This document shows, one piece after another, positions 34,602 to 43,846 of a stretch of 64,000 bases of DNA. Every line of letters begins with the position of its first letter. The stretch's first letter is position 1. The translations under genes and the position numbers were made by a program. Source of the DNA: a virus. A model generated the notes under the pieces. It saw nothing but the letters and a program-made list of their open reading frames with translations. It made no database searches and was not told the origin of the DNA. The stretch is taken from IMG/VR virus record IMGVR_UViG_3300045988_122191, positions 44,922-108,921 of that record, one strand, 5' to 3'.

Positions 34602-37448
34602 TCATCCTCCTCCCTGTATCACTCCGTACACTTCCGATTCCATATCTAATGGAGCACATGGAACGCGGGTAGTGTAAATCTTGTCATCCCATTTATATCT
34701 GCGGTCATACTCTTCGTAGTTCGTAAAGAACCTCCGGCACGCTTCGTCGTAGTATAAGCCGAGTTCAAAACCAGCCCTTCCTCGCATACGATCTTTTGTT
34801 ACAGACACAACGCAGGAATACTGCGAGAACTTTGATGTTCCTTGTTCTTTCTCGTCCTGCCGCACTCTTCGTAAAGACAATGTTCGGTGTGCAAGATTGG
34901 GGAGGTTTGATGTGCCGCCAATATCGTACAACGCAACTGCTCCCGGTGTTGTACCGCTTGGGATTTTACGAGGGTGTGCAACCAGAATCACACACACGTT
35001 AAACTTTGAGGCGAACTGAATCAGCCAGTTGACCAGCTCGGTCTGTTTGTCATACTTGTTCTCGTCAGAAGAGTGCAGGTCTATTGTCATTAGGTTGTCC
35101 AACAGGAACAACTTACTGCCATACTTTCTAGCTGAGGCTTCCATAGATTCCTGGATTGATTCAATATCATTCGGCCATTCATTCTTATACACAAACCACT
35201 GGCCTCTATAACAATCGTTGATTTTTTCTTTCGCTTCTCTCGAAGCAACCCAGTAGACCGCGCCGTTCTTACCGGTGTGTTCTTCAACGTTCCTCGGCCC
35301 CGCGAGCAGGTAGTTCATCCACGCCTTGCTCATGAAGTCCGGTAACTCTCTTGAGAAAATCCAAGCACCTCTGTTTTGCTCAAGTGCATTACAGATAAGC
35401 TGGTACAAGAAGCTGGTCTTGCCGGAACCTGGCGTGCCGGTCACGAGCGTTAACGTCCCGAAGAACAGTTTAAACAGTTCCCTGTCGAGGCTTTCAATAC
35501 CAAAATAAATCCCGTCCAAGTCACTGATATTAACGTCCTCGACGTCACTAAGATCCATCACACTGTCAATCGGAGACTCCTTCGCGCTAAGAATTGCGTT
35601 CATCACCGCTTCTTTTCCCTTGTAATAAAGCAACTCATTCAAATCCTTAATGTGCCTACCAGTTGCTTCATCTATTGGCGGGATGTCTACCACCTTTGTC
35701 CTCCAGGAACCAAGTCTAGGGCACACATCTTTTGCCATTTGATAACCAGCTTTATCATTGTCAGAGCAGATAATAATTTCGGAAAACTGGTCTAGCCAAT
35801 CCATATTCTCTTCAATCCAGTGGTGATTTTGAGAACCTAAAGGAACGCTCACCGCGTTTGTATATCCGGACTCGATAGCAGCCATTGCGTCGCAGTTGCC
35901 TGTAACAAAAATTGTCCCGTATTGCCTCACTAAGATCATTCCACTTGGAACCGTCACACAATAAACTGGACCGCTGTAATACTGCGTGTCATATGTAATA
36001 TTGTTTAGATCCGCTTTTTTCTTACCTGTGATTGACACACGATAGCTCCCGTCCAATGTAGACAACTGGTATTTAACAGAGCATTGCTGTCCGCTTGTGT
36101 GAGCAATCGTCTGCATCACATTAGCGTTATCCAGTTTGCAGGCATAGCCTGCAGTCCATTTCTGAAATCGCCGAAGGATCACGAGCTTTTGTGTTTCAGA
36201 CGTGGTGCTAACCCACGAATAAGAGACGGGTTCTATGTGAACATGTGACGGGATCTTGAACAACAATTTAAAACCATAATCAGAAACTGGCGTCTCAACG
36301 TAACTAACGGATAGTTTCTTGAGAAGCCGCCGCAACCTACGCCGTTTTCTCTTTTCTGTCGTCAAGAGTCTGTACTCACCAGTGCTCTTGTCATAACTAC
36401 AGTTCTCCGATATAGCAATTGATAGTTCGACTTCATCCATAGTGAGAAAAAACCCATCGCCTGAATAACTCGTTGTAATTGGAGCCGATTTATACCAATC
36501 ATCTGGCAGTTTCCTCGCCTTCGTCTTCTCTAGAAAACCAAGAGCATTATAAGTTACAATATTATGGCCTCCAGTTACACACGACACATAGTTATCCGCA
36601 GCAATGAAGGAGAGGAACCCTTCGTAGTGCTCGTTGATAATTGCAACCGGTCTTACAAATCCGCCACGCAGTTTCGACCAAGTACCAGCAAATAGGTCAT
36701 CCGCGCACACCGAATACACGTCCTGCCCGTGATATTCATTAAACCGAACCCATCCATCAGGCGTTAGAATTTCTGCGTCACCAGGGAAGCACTCACCTTC
36801 AGTTATCAATAACGGTTGACTTATGTTTACCCTGTTCATATTGAAAAGGAGCGGACGAGTGTCCGCTCCTTTCTGACACCAGTTCTTAGCTTCGCCTTTT
36901 GACTTGTCAATTTTTCTAGCCGGTCGGTACTTTACCATCGTCAGTACGTCGTTCGTATCATAGTAATTAAACACAGCGTTGCCATGTTCATCCTCCCGCA
37001 CATCGCAATGGTCTAACGTCTTTTCACTAATCTTTCTCGTAGCCATGTACTGGTTTACGATTGACCGATCTCTTAACGGAGTCTGCTGAGGATAGCGATA
37101 CCCCCTATGAGTCTTGATGCCTTTCTCTCCAAAGCTATATACCATCCCAGCTTCTTCAAAAGTTTTCTCTGCCGCTTCAAGATATGTATCGCCAGACATC
37201 ACATAGGCGTCAATAATATCAATATTGCAGCCGCATCCAAAGCAGTGAAAACTATAGGCTTTCGGATTATAAATAAAGCTCGGAGTGTCTTCTTGATGCA
37301 CCGGGCATAATGATTTCAAGTTAGACGGATCAAACAATTTAAGGTCAAGTGTTTCAGCAATCAAGAATGGAGTTCTGTCTCCGACCTTCTCTTTTGCCTT
37401 TTGTAATTTTTCCTTTTCAATTAGCATTTCGTTCTCACCATCTACCAC
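34602..37448 (-). CDS. primase-helicase (CHC2 zinc finger, TOPRIM, DnaB/RepA-like P-loop helicase) with an intein
   Basis: Zn finger CPVHQEDT...HCFGCGC. TOPRIM LLITEGE|(intein)|CDAMAAIESGY. Helicase Walker A TGTPGSGKTSF. Confidence 0.8.
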   Translation of the reverse strand: MVDGENEMLIEKEKLQKAKEKVGDRTPFLIAETLDLKLFDPSNLKSLCPVHQEDTPSFIYNPKAYSFHCFGCGCNIDIIDAYVMSGDTYLEAAEKTFEEAGMVYSFGEKGIKTHRGYRYPQQTPLRDRSIVNQYMATRKISEKTLDHCDVREDEHGNAVFNYYDTNDVLTMVKYRPARKIDKSKGEAKNWCQKGADTRPLLFNMNRVNISQPLLITEGECFPGDAEILTPDGWVRFNEYHGQDVYSVCADDLFAGTWSKLRGGFVRPVAIINEHYEGFLSFIAADNYVSCVTGGHNIVTYNALGFLEKTKARKLPDDWYKSAPITTSYSGDGFFLTMDEVELSIAISENCSYDKSTGEYRLLTTEKRKRRRLRRLLKKLSVSYVETPVSDYGFKLLFKIPSHVHIEPVSYSWVSTTSETQKLVILRRFQKWTAGYACKLDNANVMQTIAHTSGQQCSVKYQLSTLDGSYRVSITGKKKADLNNITYDTQYYSGPVYCVTVPSGMILVRQYGTIFVTGNCDAMAAIESGYTNAVSVPLGSQNHHWIEENMDWLDQFSEIIICSDNDKAGYQMAKDVCPRLGSWRTKVVDIPPIDEATGRHIKDLNELLYYKGKEAVMNAILSAKESPIDSVMDLSDVEDVNISDLDGIYFGIESLDRELFKLFFGTLTLVTGTPGSGKTSFLYQLICNALEQNRGAWIFSRELPDFMSKAWMNYLLAGPRNVEEHTGKNGAVYWVASREAKEKINDCYRGQWFVYKNEWPNDIESIQESMEASARKYGSKLFLLDNLMTIDLHSSDENKYDKQTELVNWLIQFASKFNVCVILVAHPRKIPSGTTPGAVALYDIGGTSNLPNLAHRTLSLRRVRQDEKEQGTSKFSQYSCVVSVTKDRMRGRAGFELGLYYDEACRRFFTNYEEYDRRYKWDDKIYTTRVPCAPLDMESEVYGVIQGGG
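35895..36791 (-). mobile_element. intein (299 aa) inserted in the TOPRIM EGE-CDA motif of the primase-helicase
   Basis: Block A CFPGDAEILTPDGWVRF begins immediately after TEGE. Block B is VTGGHNIV. Blocks F/G are VYCVTVPSGMILVRQYGTIFVTGN followed by the +1 Cys of CDAMAA. Confidence 0.6.
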
Positions 37449-37454
37449 ACTCCT

Positions 37455-37946
37455 TTACTCCATTGTTGCATCCGTACTCTCTACATTCATCCTCGCTCCG
37501 CAATTTGGGCAATATCTTGCGAATGTATACGGCTTGAGGTTTTCTAAAAACTTCTCTAAAGCTTTTTGCTTTTCTGCTTCTAAATCCCATTCATACGTAT
37601 ACTCTTCTCCATCCGGCGCATATAGTCTGCGCGACCATACTACTGCATTATTTGGATACCTTTCCCCGCACCCAGAACACACTGCCGTGATGGACACAGA
37701 AAGCTCTCTTTCCTCAGACATTGTATCCATATAAAAGGCGGCTGGTCTTAGTCGCCATTCTTGAAGGTGCGCAGAGGAAACATTCGCCGCTGGTGCATTT
37801 TCTATAGCACTAATCACATCTTCAGGATCAAAGTTTCCTTCCGGGTATTTCATTGGTGGCCCGTACACACCGCCGCCATCTTCCCACCATATCGGCAGAT
37901 CTTTTATGTATGCTAAAAGAGATTCTCTCTCGATATATTCAGGCAT
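37455..37946 (-). CDS. hypothetical zinc-ribbon protein
   Basis: CSGCG...CPNCG Cys pairs in 163 aa. Confidence 0.4.
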   Translation of the reverse strand: MPEYIERESLLAYIKDLPIWWEDGGGVYGPPMKYPEGNFDPEDVISAIENAPAANVSSAHLQEWRLRPAAFYMDTMSEERELSVSITAVCSGCGERYPNNAVVWSRRLYAPDGEEYTYEWDLEAEKQKALEKFLENLKPYTFARYCPNCGARMNVESTDATME

Positions 37947-39240
37947 CTTTATCTCCTTCTATTGCCCACTTTGCAATTCCGCCCAACACAAACTCAACGC
38001 ATGGCAACGCAACGCCATTGCCCCACATCTTGTATTCCGCCGATTCGGAGTACGGACTTTTCAGCCACTTGACGATTTGCTTGTCTGTCTTCCGCTTCTT
38101 TCCAGCCAGACCCGTCCAGGTGTCGAACACCTCGCGCCAAAAAGACAGCTCATCGGCTGTCGGGTCCTCCGCGCTAAGATCAGCGCACCACCAGCCGGGG
38201 AAGCCTTGGAGTCTGGCACACTCTGTCGGGGTCAGTTTGCGCACCTGATAGTAGGGGGTGACTATAGCGATACCGCCTTGATTTGAGCAGGGGTTTCCGC
38301 CGCCCTCGCACTCTGAGCGTATCTCGAGCAACAGGGGAACGTTGTTGCCGCCAGTACCCATATGGCTAGTCAGGGTTGGGACTACATCACCCTCCGCAAT
38401 CTTCACCCTGCCATCCTGCGCGTGATTTTCTAAGACTATTGGCGCGTACCCGTGCATACTCGCTCTGAGCGTTCCGTTTATACCATAGGACAAATCCATT
38501 TGTTGTCCACCTTGGTCGTTTAGACAGACGCCGCTTGCATTTCCAAGGCCACTCGCAAGGCTTCTGGGAGTTCCTTTCCCCGCTCGGCGGCTCTGCGCAG
38601 GATTCCCTGACAAGCCTTCGCACTCAAAAAGTATTTCTCCGGCACTTCCGCCTGCAAGATCTGCGACGAGGTAGATGCGACGTCTGTGTTGGGGGACTCC
38701 CCAGTATTGCGCATCAAGAGTTCTGTACGCAACGCTCCATCCGTCTCCCATGTATAGGTCGGCGTAGGGCCATCGTGCCTTTTCAGGCATAGGCACCTGG
38801 GCATTCGGTTCGGCGATCCCGATGACTGCCTCAAGGACGCACCGGAAGTCTTCGCCTTTGTTCGAGGAGAAGGCCCCGGGGACGTTCTCCCACACGATGT
38901 ATCTTGGATATTTGCCACCTGTGGCACACCTCATTTCTTTGATAACGCGGACGGCTTCGTAAAAAAGACTGGAACGCGCTCCGCCCAAGCCGTCTCTTCG
39001 GCCTGCCACGCTCATGTCCTGGCACGGTGAACCGAAGGTGATGATGTCAACCGGTTCGATTTCGTCACCGTGCATCTTGGACACATCCCCGTAATGTTTC
39101 ATCTCAGGGATGCGTTTAGTAGTGACACGAATCGGAAACGGCTCAATCTCCGACGCCCATACGGGGGTGATCCCGTGGGCAAGGCCAGCTAACGGGAATC
39201 CACCAGAGCCGTCAAATAAGCTGCCTAAAGTCATCTTCAC
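37939..39240 (-). CDS. DNA (cytosine-5)-methyltransferase
   Basis: Motif I LFDGSGG, motif IV GSPCQDMS and ENV motif WENVPG. The GC-rich central region (target recognition domain) produces spurious antisense ORFs. Confidence 0.85.
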   Translation of the reverse strand: MKMTLGSLFDGSGGFPLAGLAHGITPVWASEIEPFPIRVTTKRIPEMKHYGDVSKMHGDEIEPVDIITFGSPCQDMSVAGRRDGLGGARSSLFYEAVRVIKEMRCATGGKYPRYIVWENVPGAFSSNKGEDFRCVLEAVIGIAEPNAQVPMPEKARWPYADLYMGDGWSVAYRTLDAQYWGVPQHRRRIYLVADLAGGSAGEILFECEGLSGNPAQSRRAGKGTPRSLASGLGNASGVCLNDQGGQQMDLSYGINGTLRASMHGYAPIVLENHAQDGRVKIAEGDVVPTLTSHMGTGGNNVPLLLEIRSECEGGGNPCSNQGGIAIVTPYYQVRKLTPTECARLQGFPGWWCADLSAEDPTADELSFWREVFDTWTGLAGKKRKTDKQIVKWLKSPYSESAEYKMWGNGVALPCVEFVLGGIAKWAIEGDKDA

Positions 39241-40157
39241 GCGCTCCTCCTCCCCTCTCTTTTCACCCTAAACGGACAACTCTCAGCAGTGTCACAAATA
39301 TATGTACATCTGAAAAACTCAGGGTCTGGTTCAAACTCTCTCTCATTTTTAATCTCTTCGATTCGATCCAGTACCCACTGTTTCACCTGCTCAAGCCGTT
39401 CTTCGTCGAATGCTTCTGCGATAAACCGCCCATGTCGGTAACAATTGAAATCCAAAGTCGCAGGCCATTTCCCATATTCTTCTTTGATGGGGATTGAGTA
39501 AATATAAGGCTGCCTGTAGTACCTGTCTAGTTCCTTGTCATACTCTGTCTGGAACTTTCTATTGCTTCTGAATCTCAATCCGTGTGACTTGTGGTCGGCT
39601 ATATGTAACCCGTTCTCTTCGGCCAATACATCTATAAAACCAACAAAGTTGTACGGGCCAATCATGAAGTGGACTTCTTTTTCAACAGCGACAATATCTT
39701 TGATATCGTATGGGAAGTCAATGTTTTCCAAATACGAAAGTGAATTATTGAAGAAATTATCCTCGACCTTTTTGCTCGGTGGTTTACCAACGACCTCCTC
39801 GTCATAGTGATCCAGGAAATACGGTACAAGCTCTTCCTTCTTTAACGCCCGTGACAAATACTGCTCCAGCACATGGTGCATAAATCTGCCATACGTGGAA
39901 AAGAAGTGTGGCTCCGGTTTGATTCTTACCGCTGTGTGCTCAAGAACCTTTTGGTAAGTCTCGTCGTCGAGTCTTTTCTTCATCCACTCCATAACCTTCC
40001 TGTAAACCTGGTCTAATTCTTTGTTGTACGCTATGTACCGAACAAACCAGCCATACTTGCAGTCATCAAACGAAGACAGTCTAGAATAACTCCACAGCAT
40101 AGCTGAAATTGCTCTTTCATATTCGGGGTCAGAGACGACTTCAAAAGGGATCGTCAT
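39237..40157 (-). CDS. PD-(D/E)XK nuclease, Cas4/RecB-like phage exonuclease
   Basis: D...ExK-like core (FIDVL...HIADHK) and a C-terminal Cys cluster CTYICDTAESCPF typical of Cas4-like Fe-S nucleases. Adjacent to ssb and erf. Confidence 0.6.
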   Translation of the reverse strand: MTIPFEVVSDPEYERAISAMLWSYSRLSSFDDCKYGWFVRYIAYNKELDQVYRKVMEWMKKRLDDETYQKVLEHTAVRIKPEPHFFSTYGRFMHHVLEQYLSRALKKEELVPYFLDHYDEEVVGKPPSKKVEDNFFNNSLSYLENIDFPYDIKDIVAVEKEVHFMIGPYNFVGFIDVLAEENGLHIADHKSHGLRFRSNRKFQTEYDKELDRYYRQPYIYSIPIKEEYGKWPATLDFNCYRHGRFIAEAFDEERLEQVKQWVLDRIEEIKNEREFEPDPEFFRCTYICDTAESCPFRVKREGRRSA

Positions 40158-40500
40158 CTGTTACGGCAGGCTGACTTGCCGGAATCGCGCCACTATCAGA
40201 GTTGCCTCTGGAGTTGTCAGCGGACTCAAAAGAGAACACAGCAAAATTGTAGTACCGCTTGTTCGTTTCCTTGTTATAGCTATTGGTTGCATCCATATCG
40301 CCGATACGAATTCTGTCTCTCGGCTTCAGCTCCTTTGCGTTAGCGTGCGCCGCACCAACAAAATTTACGAAGTCACTAAACTTAGTCTCGTATTCGCCAG
40401 TGTTCTTATTCTTCTGGCTGACAGACAGATTTACCTTTGTATAATTACCTTTGTCTTCGACAGACCAAATTGTTGCATACGCGCCAGTATGAAAACCCAT
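40141..40500 (-). CDS. ssb: single-stranded DNA-binding protein
   Basis: OB-fold-sized (119 aa) with a Gly/Ser-rich tail ending DDDPF, like the SSB acidic tip DDDIPF. Confidence 0.6.
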   Translation of the reverse strand: MGFHTGAYATIWSVEDKGNYTKVNLSVSQKNKNTGEYETKFSDFVNFVGAAHANAKELKPRDRIRIGDMDATNSYNKETNKRYYNFAVFSFESADNSRGNSDSGAIPASQPAVTDDDPF

Positions 40501-40503
40501 GTA

Positions 40504-41214
40504 TTATTCCTCCGTATGTAGTTTATTCAAATCTCTCAGCAGAGCAGTCGCTCTTGCCTTCTTTTTAATTTGTTTGTAGTCTCCAGTGGGAATCAGCTTC
40601 CCATTTTCGTCACGCTTATCTACGTGCTTTGTAACCAACTCTCTAATCTTTTCTCTCTTGCTAGGATCTTTTGCCGCGATGTCGTTAGCGATTGCGTCAA
40701 TTTCTTCAATGATAGACGCGAGTTCGTTCTTAGACTTCTCTTCTTTTTGCTTCGAGCGAATGAAGTCCGGATCGTCGGTAGTAGTAGCACACTGAAAGTA
40801 TTTCAGTAGGAAATATCTGTTACTGTAGGTAAGAGCCGAACCAAACGCCTGGCTGCTATCTGCTTGATTGCCAGTCATCGTCCAGGGGACAATGATCTTT
40901 TCTTCAGGATTGTCGTTGTTAACCCAGGTATAGACCATATCGGCAGAGACCAAGAATTCATTTACTGTTTCCGTCTTGCCGCCTTTCGTTTTCTCGTAGC
41001 TAAAAGGCCGCACGTCCGCCGTACCGTGGACAATCCCTGGAACCAGCGTCAGACCGTACTCCGCAACAGCACTGTTGATTTTAGGCAACAGCTCTACGTC
41101 AGAAGTGTAGCTATACCCATACCCCTTCTTATCTTTCTTGACAACATCTACGGCTTTCTGTACTGCCGCAAGCTTCTGATAGATGTTCAATGTTGCGTGA
41201 TTTTCTTTTTCCAT
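40504..41214 (-). CDS. erf: ERF-family single-strand annealing protein
   Basis: N-terminus NIYQKLAAVQKAV...KDKKGYGYSYTSDVELL resembles Erf. Sits with ssb and the exonuclease as a recombination module. Confidence 0.55.
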   Translation of the reverse strand: MEKENHATLNIYQKLAAVQKAVDVVKKDKKGYGYSYTSDVELLPKINSAVAEYGLTLVPGIVHGTADVRPFSYEKTKGGKTETVNEFLVSADMVYTWVNNDNPEEKIIVPWTMTGNQADSSQAFGSALTYSNRYFLLKYFQCATTTDDPDFIRSKQKEEKSKNELASIIEEIDAIANDIAAKDPSKREKIRELVTKHVDKRDENGKLIPTGDYKQIKKKARATALLRDLNKLHTEE

Positions 41215-41284
41215 ATTTCACCTCGTCTCATTTTTTGCGCTGGCCGCGTTGCAAAATAACCTTATATTTTTTAACCGCTCAGCG

Positions 41285-41313
41285 TGATTATATTATATAA
41301 CTTTATTTTTCAA
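41285..41313 (-). promoter_or_regulatory. candidate sigma-A-type promoter upstream of the erf-ssb-exo operon
   Basis: On the - strand, TTGAAA then 15 nt then TATAAT, ~70 nt upstream of the erf start. Adjacent hairpin at 41329-41355. Confidence 0.3.
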
Positions 41314-41374
41314 ATGTCTACCCCTTTTCGCGAAACTCGTCTGACGAGTTTCGCGACGGAGCAGCCACTTAAAA

Positions 41375-41788
41375 TCACAGTCCTTGAATCCTCTTTGACT
41401 CCTTCCATACGTCCAGGAGTTCCTCCTCTGAAAGAAGGGCGATGGCCGAGGAGGATAGGATGTTTCCAATAGCTATGCTCTTAATATCCTCCTCTTCTAG
41501 AGCACCTAGATATTTCAGCAATCTTGACTTTGACATCCTCTGCGGATTCTCACATAGGACAAGGCTATCCGCCAGCAGGTTGTATTTCTCCGCTGGCAGA
41601 AGCACATGTGTGGGTTGAGCTAGATTCTTAATTCTGGTCGTGAGCGGCAGCGCTATGACGTTCGGGCTTCTGTCATTTCCAATATCGTTTTGGAAAATGA
41701 TTCCCGGCCTGACGCCTTTCTGTTCACTGCCAACCCCACTGAAACTCATTAGATATATATCGCCTAGTCGCGGCTTATCGTATTCCAT
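41375..41788 (-). CDS. mazF: MazF/PemK/EndoA-family endoribonuclease toxin
   Basis: Near-collinear match to B. subtilis EndoA: RLGDIYLMSFSGVGSEQKGVRPGIIFQNDIGNDRSPNVIALPLTT...PTHVLL. RBS GAAGGAG. Confidence 0.8.
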   Translation of the reverse strand: MEYDKPRLGDIYLMSFSGVGSEQKGVRPGIIFQNDIGNDRSPNVIALPLTTRIKNLAQPTHVLLPAEKYNLLADSLVLCENPQRMSKSRLLKYLGALEEEDIKSIAIGNILSSSAIALLSEEELLDVWKESKRIQGL

Positions 41789-41799
41789 AAAATCTCCTT

Positions 41800-41834
41800 C
41801 TACCCGATGTTAGGTTCCGCTAACACACGGGTAG
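41800..41834 (-). promoter_or_regulatory. 13-bp interrupted stem-loop immediately upstream of the mazF RBS
   Basis: ctacccg a tgttag gttccg ctaaca ca cgggtag. Confidence 0.3.
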
Positions 41835-41842
41835 AAGAGAGC

Positions 41843-42013
41843 ACTTAATCGTTACTTTTCTTCCGTGTCTTTGCGTAAAGTATCGGGCTTTTCCTTAAAT
41901 CTATCTGTTACCTGTCGCCATGTGCAGGCGACCCATGCTTGCCAGTCAGGACACTGGCGAGTACACTTCCAGTCCCTATCACACAATCTACAAGGACTAG
42001 TATCCAAAATATT
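41843..42013 (-). CDS. small Cys-rich ORF (56 aa) in the antitoxin position upstream of mazF
   Basis: ATG after GGAGGCGGTGG; MPENILDTSPCRLCDRDWKCTRQCPDWQAWVAC.... Below the ORF-track size cutoff. Confidence 0.25.
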
Positions 42014-42021
42014 CTCCGGCA

Positions 42022-42309
42022 TTATTCCACCGCCTCCAACCTTTTTAATCCAAGAGTTTTAATAACAACGTATACTGCGGACGGCGTCACCTTGATCTTT
42101 CTTGCGATATCACTGGCGCTCATCCCGTCTAGATACAAAGACGCCACTTCGTCAATATCAATCTTAATACGGCCATCTCTCACTTTGCTCTTTCGCTTTC
42201 TATGTACCTGCTCATTCGGGCGATTCTGCGCTACCCACTGACCATAACTCAAACCAGCTTCCTTAGCCGCAGCCGCCACTTCATCAATTGTCATTGGATT
42301 GCAGCTCAT
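42022..42309 (-). CDS. HTH DNA-binding protein
   Basis: Start chosen at MSCNPMTIDEV after GAAGGAGAGGA. HTH-like MSASDIARKIKVTPSAVYVVIK. Confidence 0.4.
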   Translation of the reverse strand: MSCNPMTIDEVAAAAKEAGLSYGQWVAQNRPNEQVHRKRKSKVRDGRIKIDIDEVASLYLDGMSASDIARKIKVTPSAVYVVIKTLGLKRLEAVE

Positions 42310-43843
42310 AATACTTATCCTCTCCTTCGGTATCTTCATCGTTATTGTCCTTCTGGCTACCAGCGGCGACCTTCCCGCCAATCAGCCCGGAAATCAACGC
42401 GTTAATGTCAAGACCAGTCGAACTCTTAACACCCTCAGTTACCTGAGTCATCGTATTCATGATGTTGTTTGCAAGCTGGCCTGAGGCGTCACCAAACATC
42501 TTAATTTCCCCGACGTTGGCATAGCCATCACCAATTGCCGCAGCGATCTTAGGTAACTGCTCGAAATATACTTTCAGTGTGTCGAGTTCCATCTGCTGCT
42601 TTGCCGCATCGCCATACTCCTTCATTGCTTCTGCCTTCTTCAGAATACCAGCAGCCTCTGCTTCTGCCTTCGCCTTGATCGCCTCAGCTTCTGCAACACC
42701 CTTAGCGGAAATTGCATCAGCCTCCGCAATACCAGCAGCTCTTACAGCCTCTGCTTCCTGTTCCTTTGCAAATCTCTCTGCTTCTGCGCGAGCTTTCTGA
42801 GCTTCCGCCTCCTTCTGGGTCTCAAAGAGTTCTGCCTCTGCCTGCTTCTGTCGTTCGTACTGGTCTGCGTCCGCCTTCTGCTGGGCTGCATACTTCTCTG
42901 CTTCAGCCTGCTTCTTAACAGTAGCCTCCAGCACTTTCTCCTTAATCGCAACCTCTCGTTCCTTTAGCTCAATCTCTTTCTCCTGTCGAGCCAGGTTTGC
43001 GTTAGCGGTTGCAATCTCTACGGTACGGCGCTGCTCTTCCTTCTGAATGTCGTAAGCTGCTTCCGCCTCTGCTCTCTTGGAGTCGGCCTGCTTCAGCAGC
43101 TCGGACTTCTTAATAGCAAGTTCGTTCTGCCGCTCTGCAATTTCCGTGTCGCTCTTAACACGAGCATCATTCGCTTCACGCTCTGCCACCGCGTTTGCAA
43201 TAGCGACTTCCTTATCTGCGTTCGCCTTTGCAATAGCTGCATCCTTTTTAATCTGAGAGATGTTGTCAATGCCAAGATCTTCAATGACATGGTTTGCGTC
43301 AGAGAACCGCTGCACGTTAAATGAAACCAGTTCAAGACCCATCTTTTGCAGGTCGGGGATTACGTTTTCAGAAACTTTCTCGACGAAAGTTTTACGATCT
43401 CCAATCAGTTCCCGCAGCTTCATTGTGCAGATAATCTCTCTGATATTACCTTCAAGAACTTCAGCGACAATCGCCCCGACCTCTTCGCTGGTCTTATTCA
43501 GGAAATTCTTTGCCGCGACCTCGACCATCTCCGGTGTAGAACCAATCTTCACGTTAACAGCAGAATCAACGTAGATATTGATACAGTCTGCTGTCGGCAC
43601 TGCATCCCCAGTTCTAATGTCCAGAGGGATCAGCTTGAGAGAAAGCTCGTCCACCCGTTCAAAGAAAGGAATCTTCACGCCAGCTTTACCAATAAGAACC
43701 TTCGGCTTCTTTCTTACGCCGGAGATAATCAGCGCTTTGTCGGGCGGAGCCTTCACATATCCTCTAGCAAGAACACCGGCGACACCAACTGCCGCTACAA
43801 CAGGCACCGCAACTGTGAGACCACTCATAAGTTCAGTAATCAT
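42284..43843 (-). CDS. SPFH/flotillin-like protein (YqiK/FloT family)
   Basis: N-terminal hydrophobic segment, SPFH core, then a long Ala/Glu/Lys-rich coiled coil and C-terminal region. 519 aa. Confidence 0.75.
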   Translation of the reverse strand: MITELMSGLTVAVPVVAAVGVAGVLARGYVKAPPDKALIISGVRKKPKVLIGKAGVKIPFFERVDELSLKLIPLDIRTGDAVPTADCINIYVDSAVNVKIGSTPEMVEVAAKNFLNKTSEEVGAIVAEVLEGNIREIICTMKLRELIGDRKTFVEKVSENVIPDLQKMGLELVSFNVQRFSDANHVIEDLGIDNISQIKKDAAIAKANADKEVAIANAVAEREANDARVKSDTEIAERQNELAIKKSELLKQADSKRAEAEAAYDIQKEEQRRTVEIATANANLARQEKEIELKEREVAIKEKVLEATVKKQAEAEKYAAQQKADADQYERQKQAEAELFETQKEAEAQKARAEAERFAKEQEAEAVRAAGIAEADAISAKGVAEAEAIKAKAEAEAAGILKKAEAMKEYGDAAKQQMELDTLKVYFEQLPKIAAAIGDGYANVGEIKMFGDASGQLANNIMNTMTQVTEGVKSSTGLDINALISGLIGGKVAAGSQKDNNDEDTEGEDKYYELQSNDN

Positions 43844-43846
43844 TAT

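Noticed and set aside
38387-39025. Several 60-135-aa ORFs on both strands within the C5-methyltransferase gene
   Set aside because: The GC-rich target-recognition region suppresses stop codons in the alternative frames. The MTase frame carries the conserved motifs throughout.
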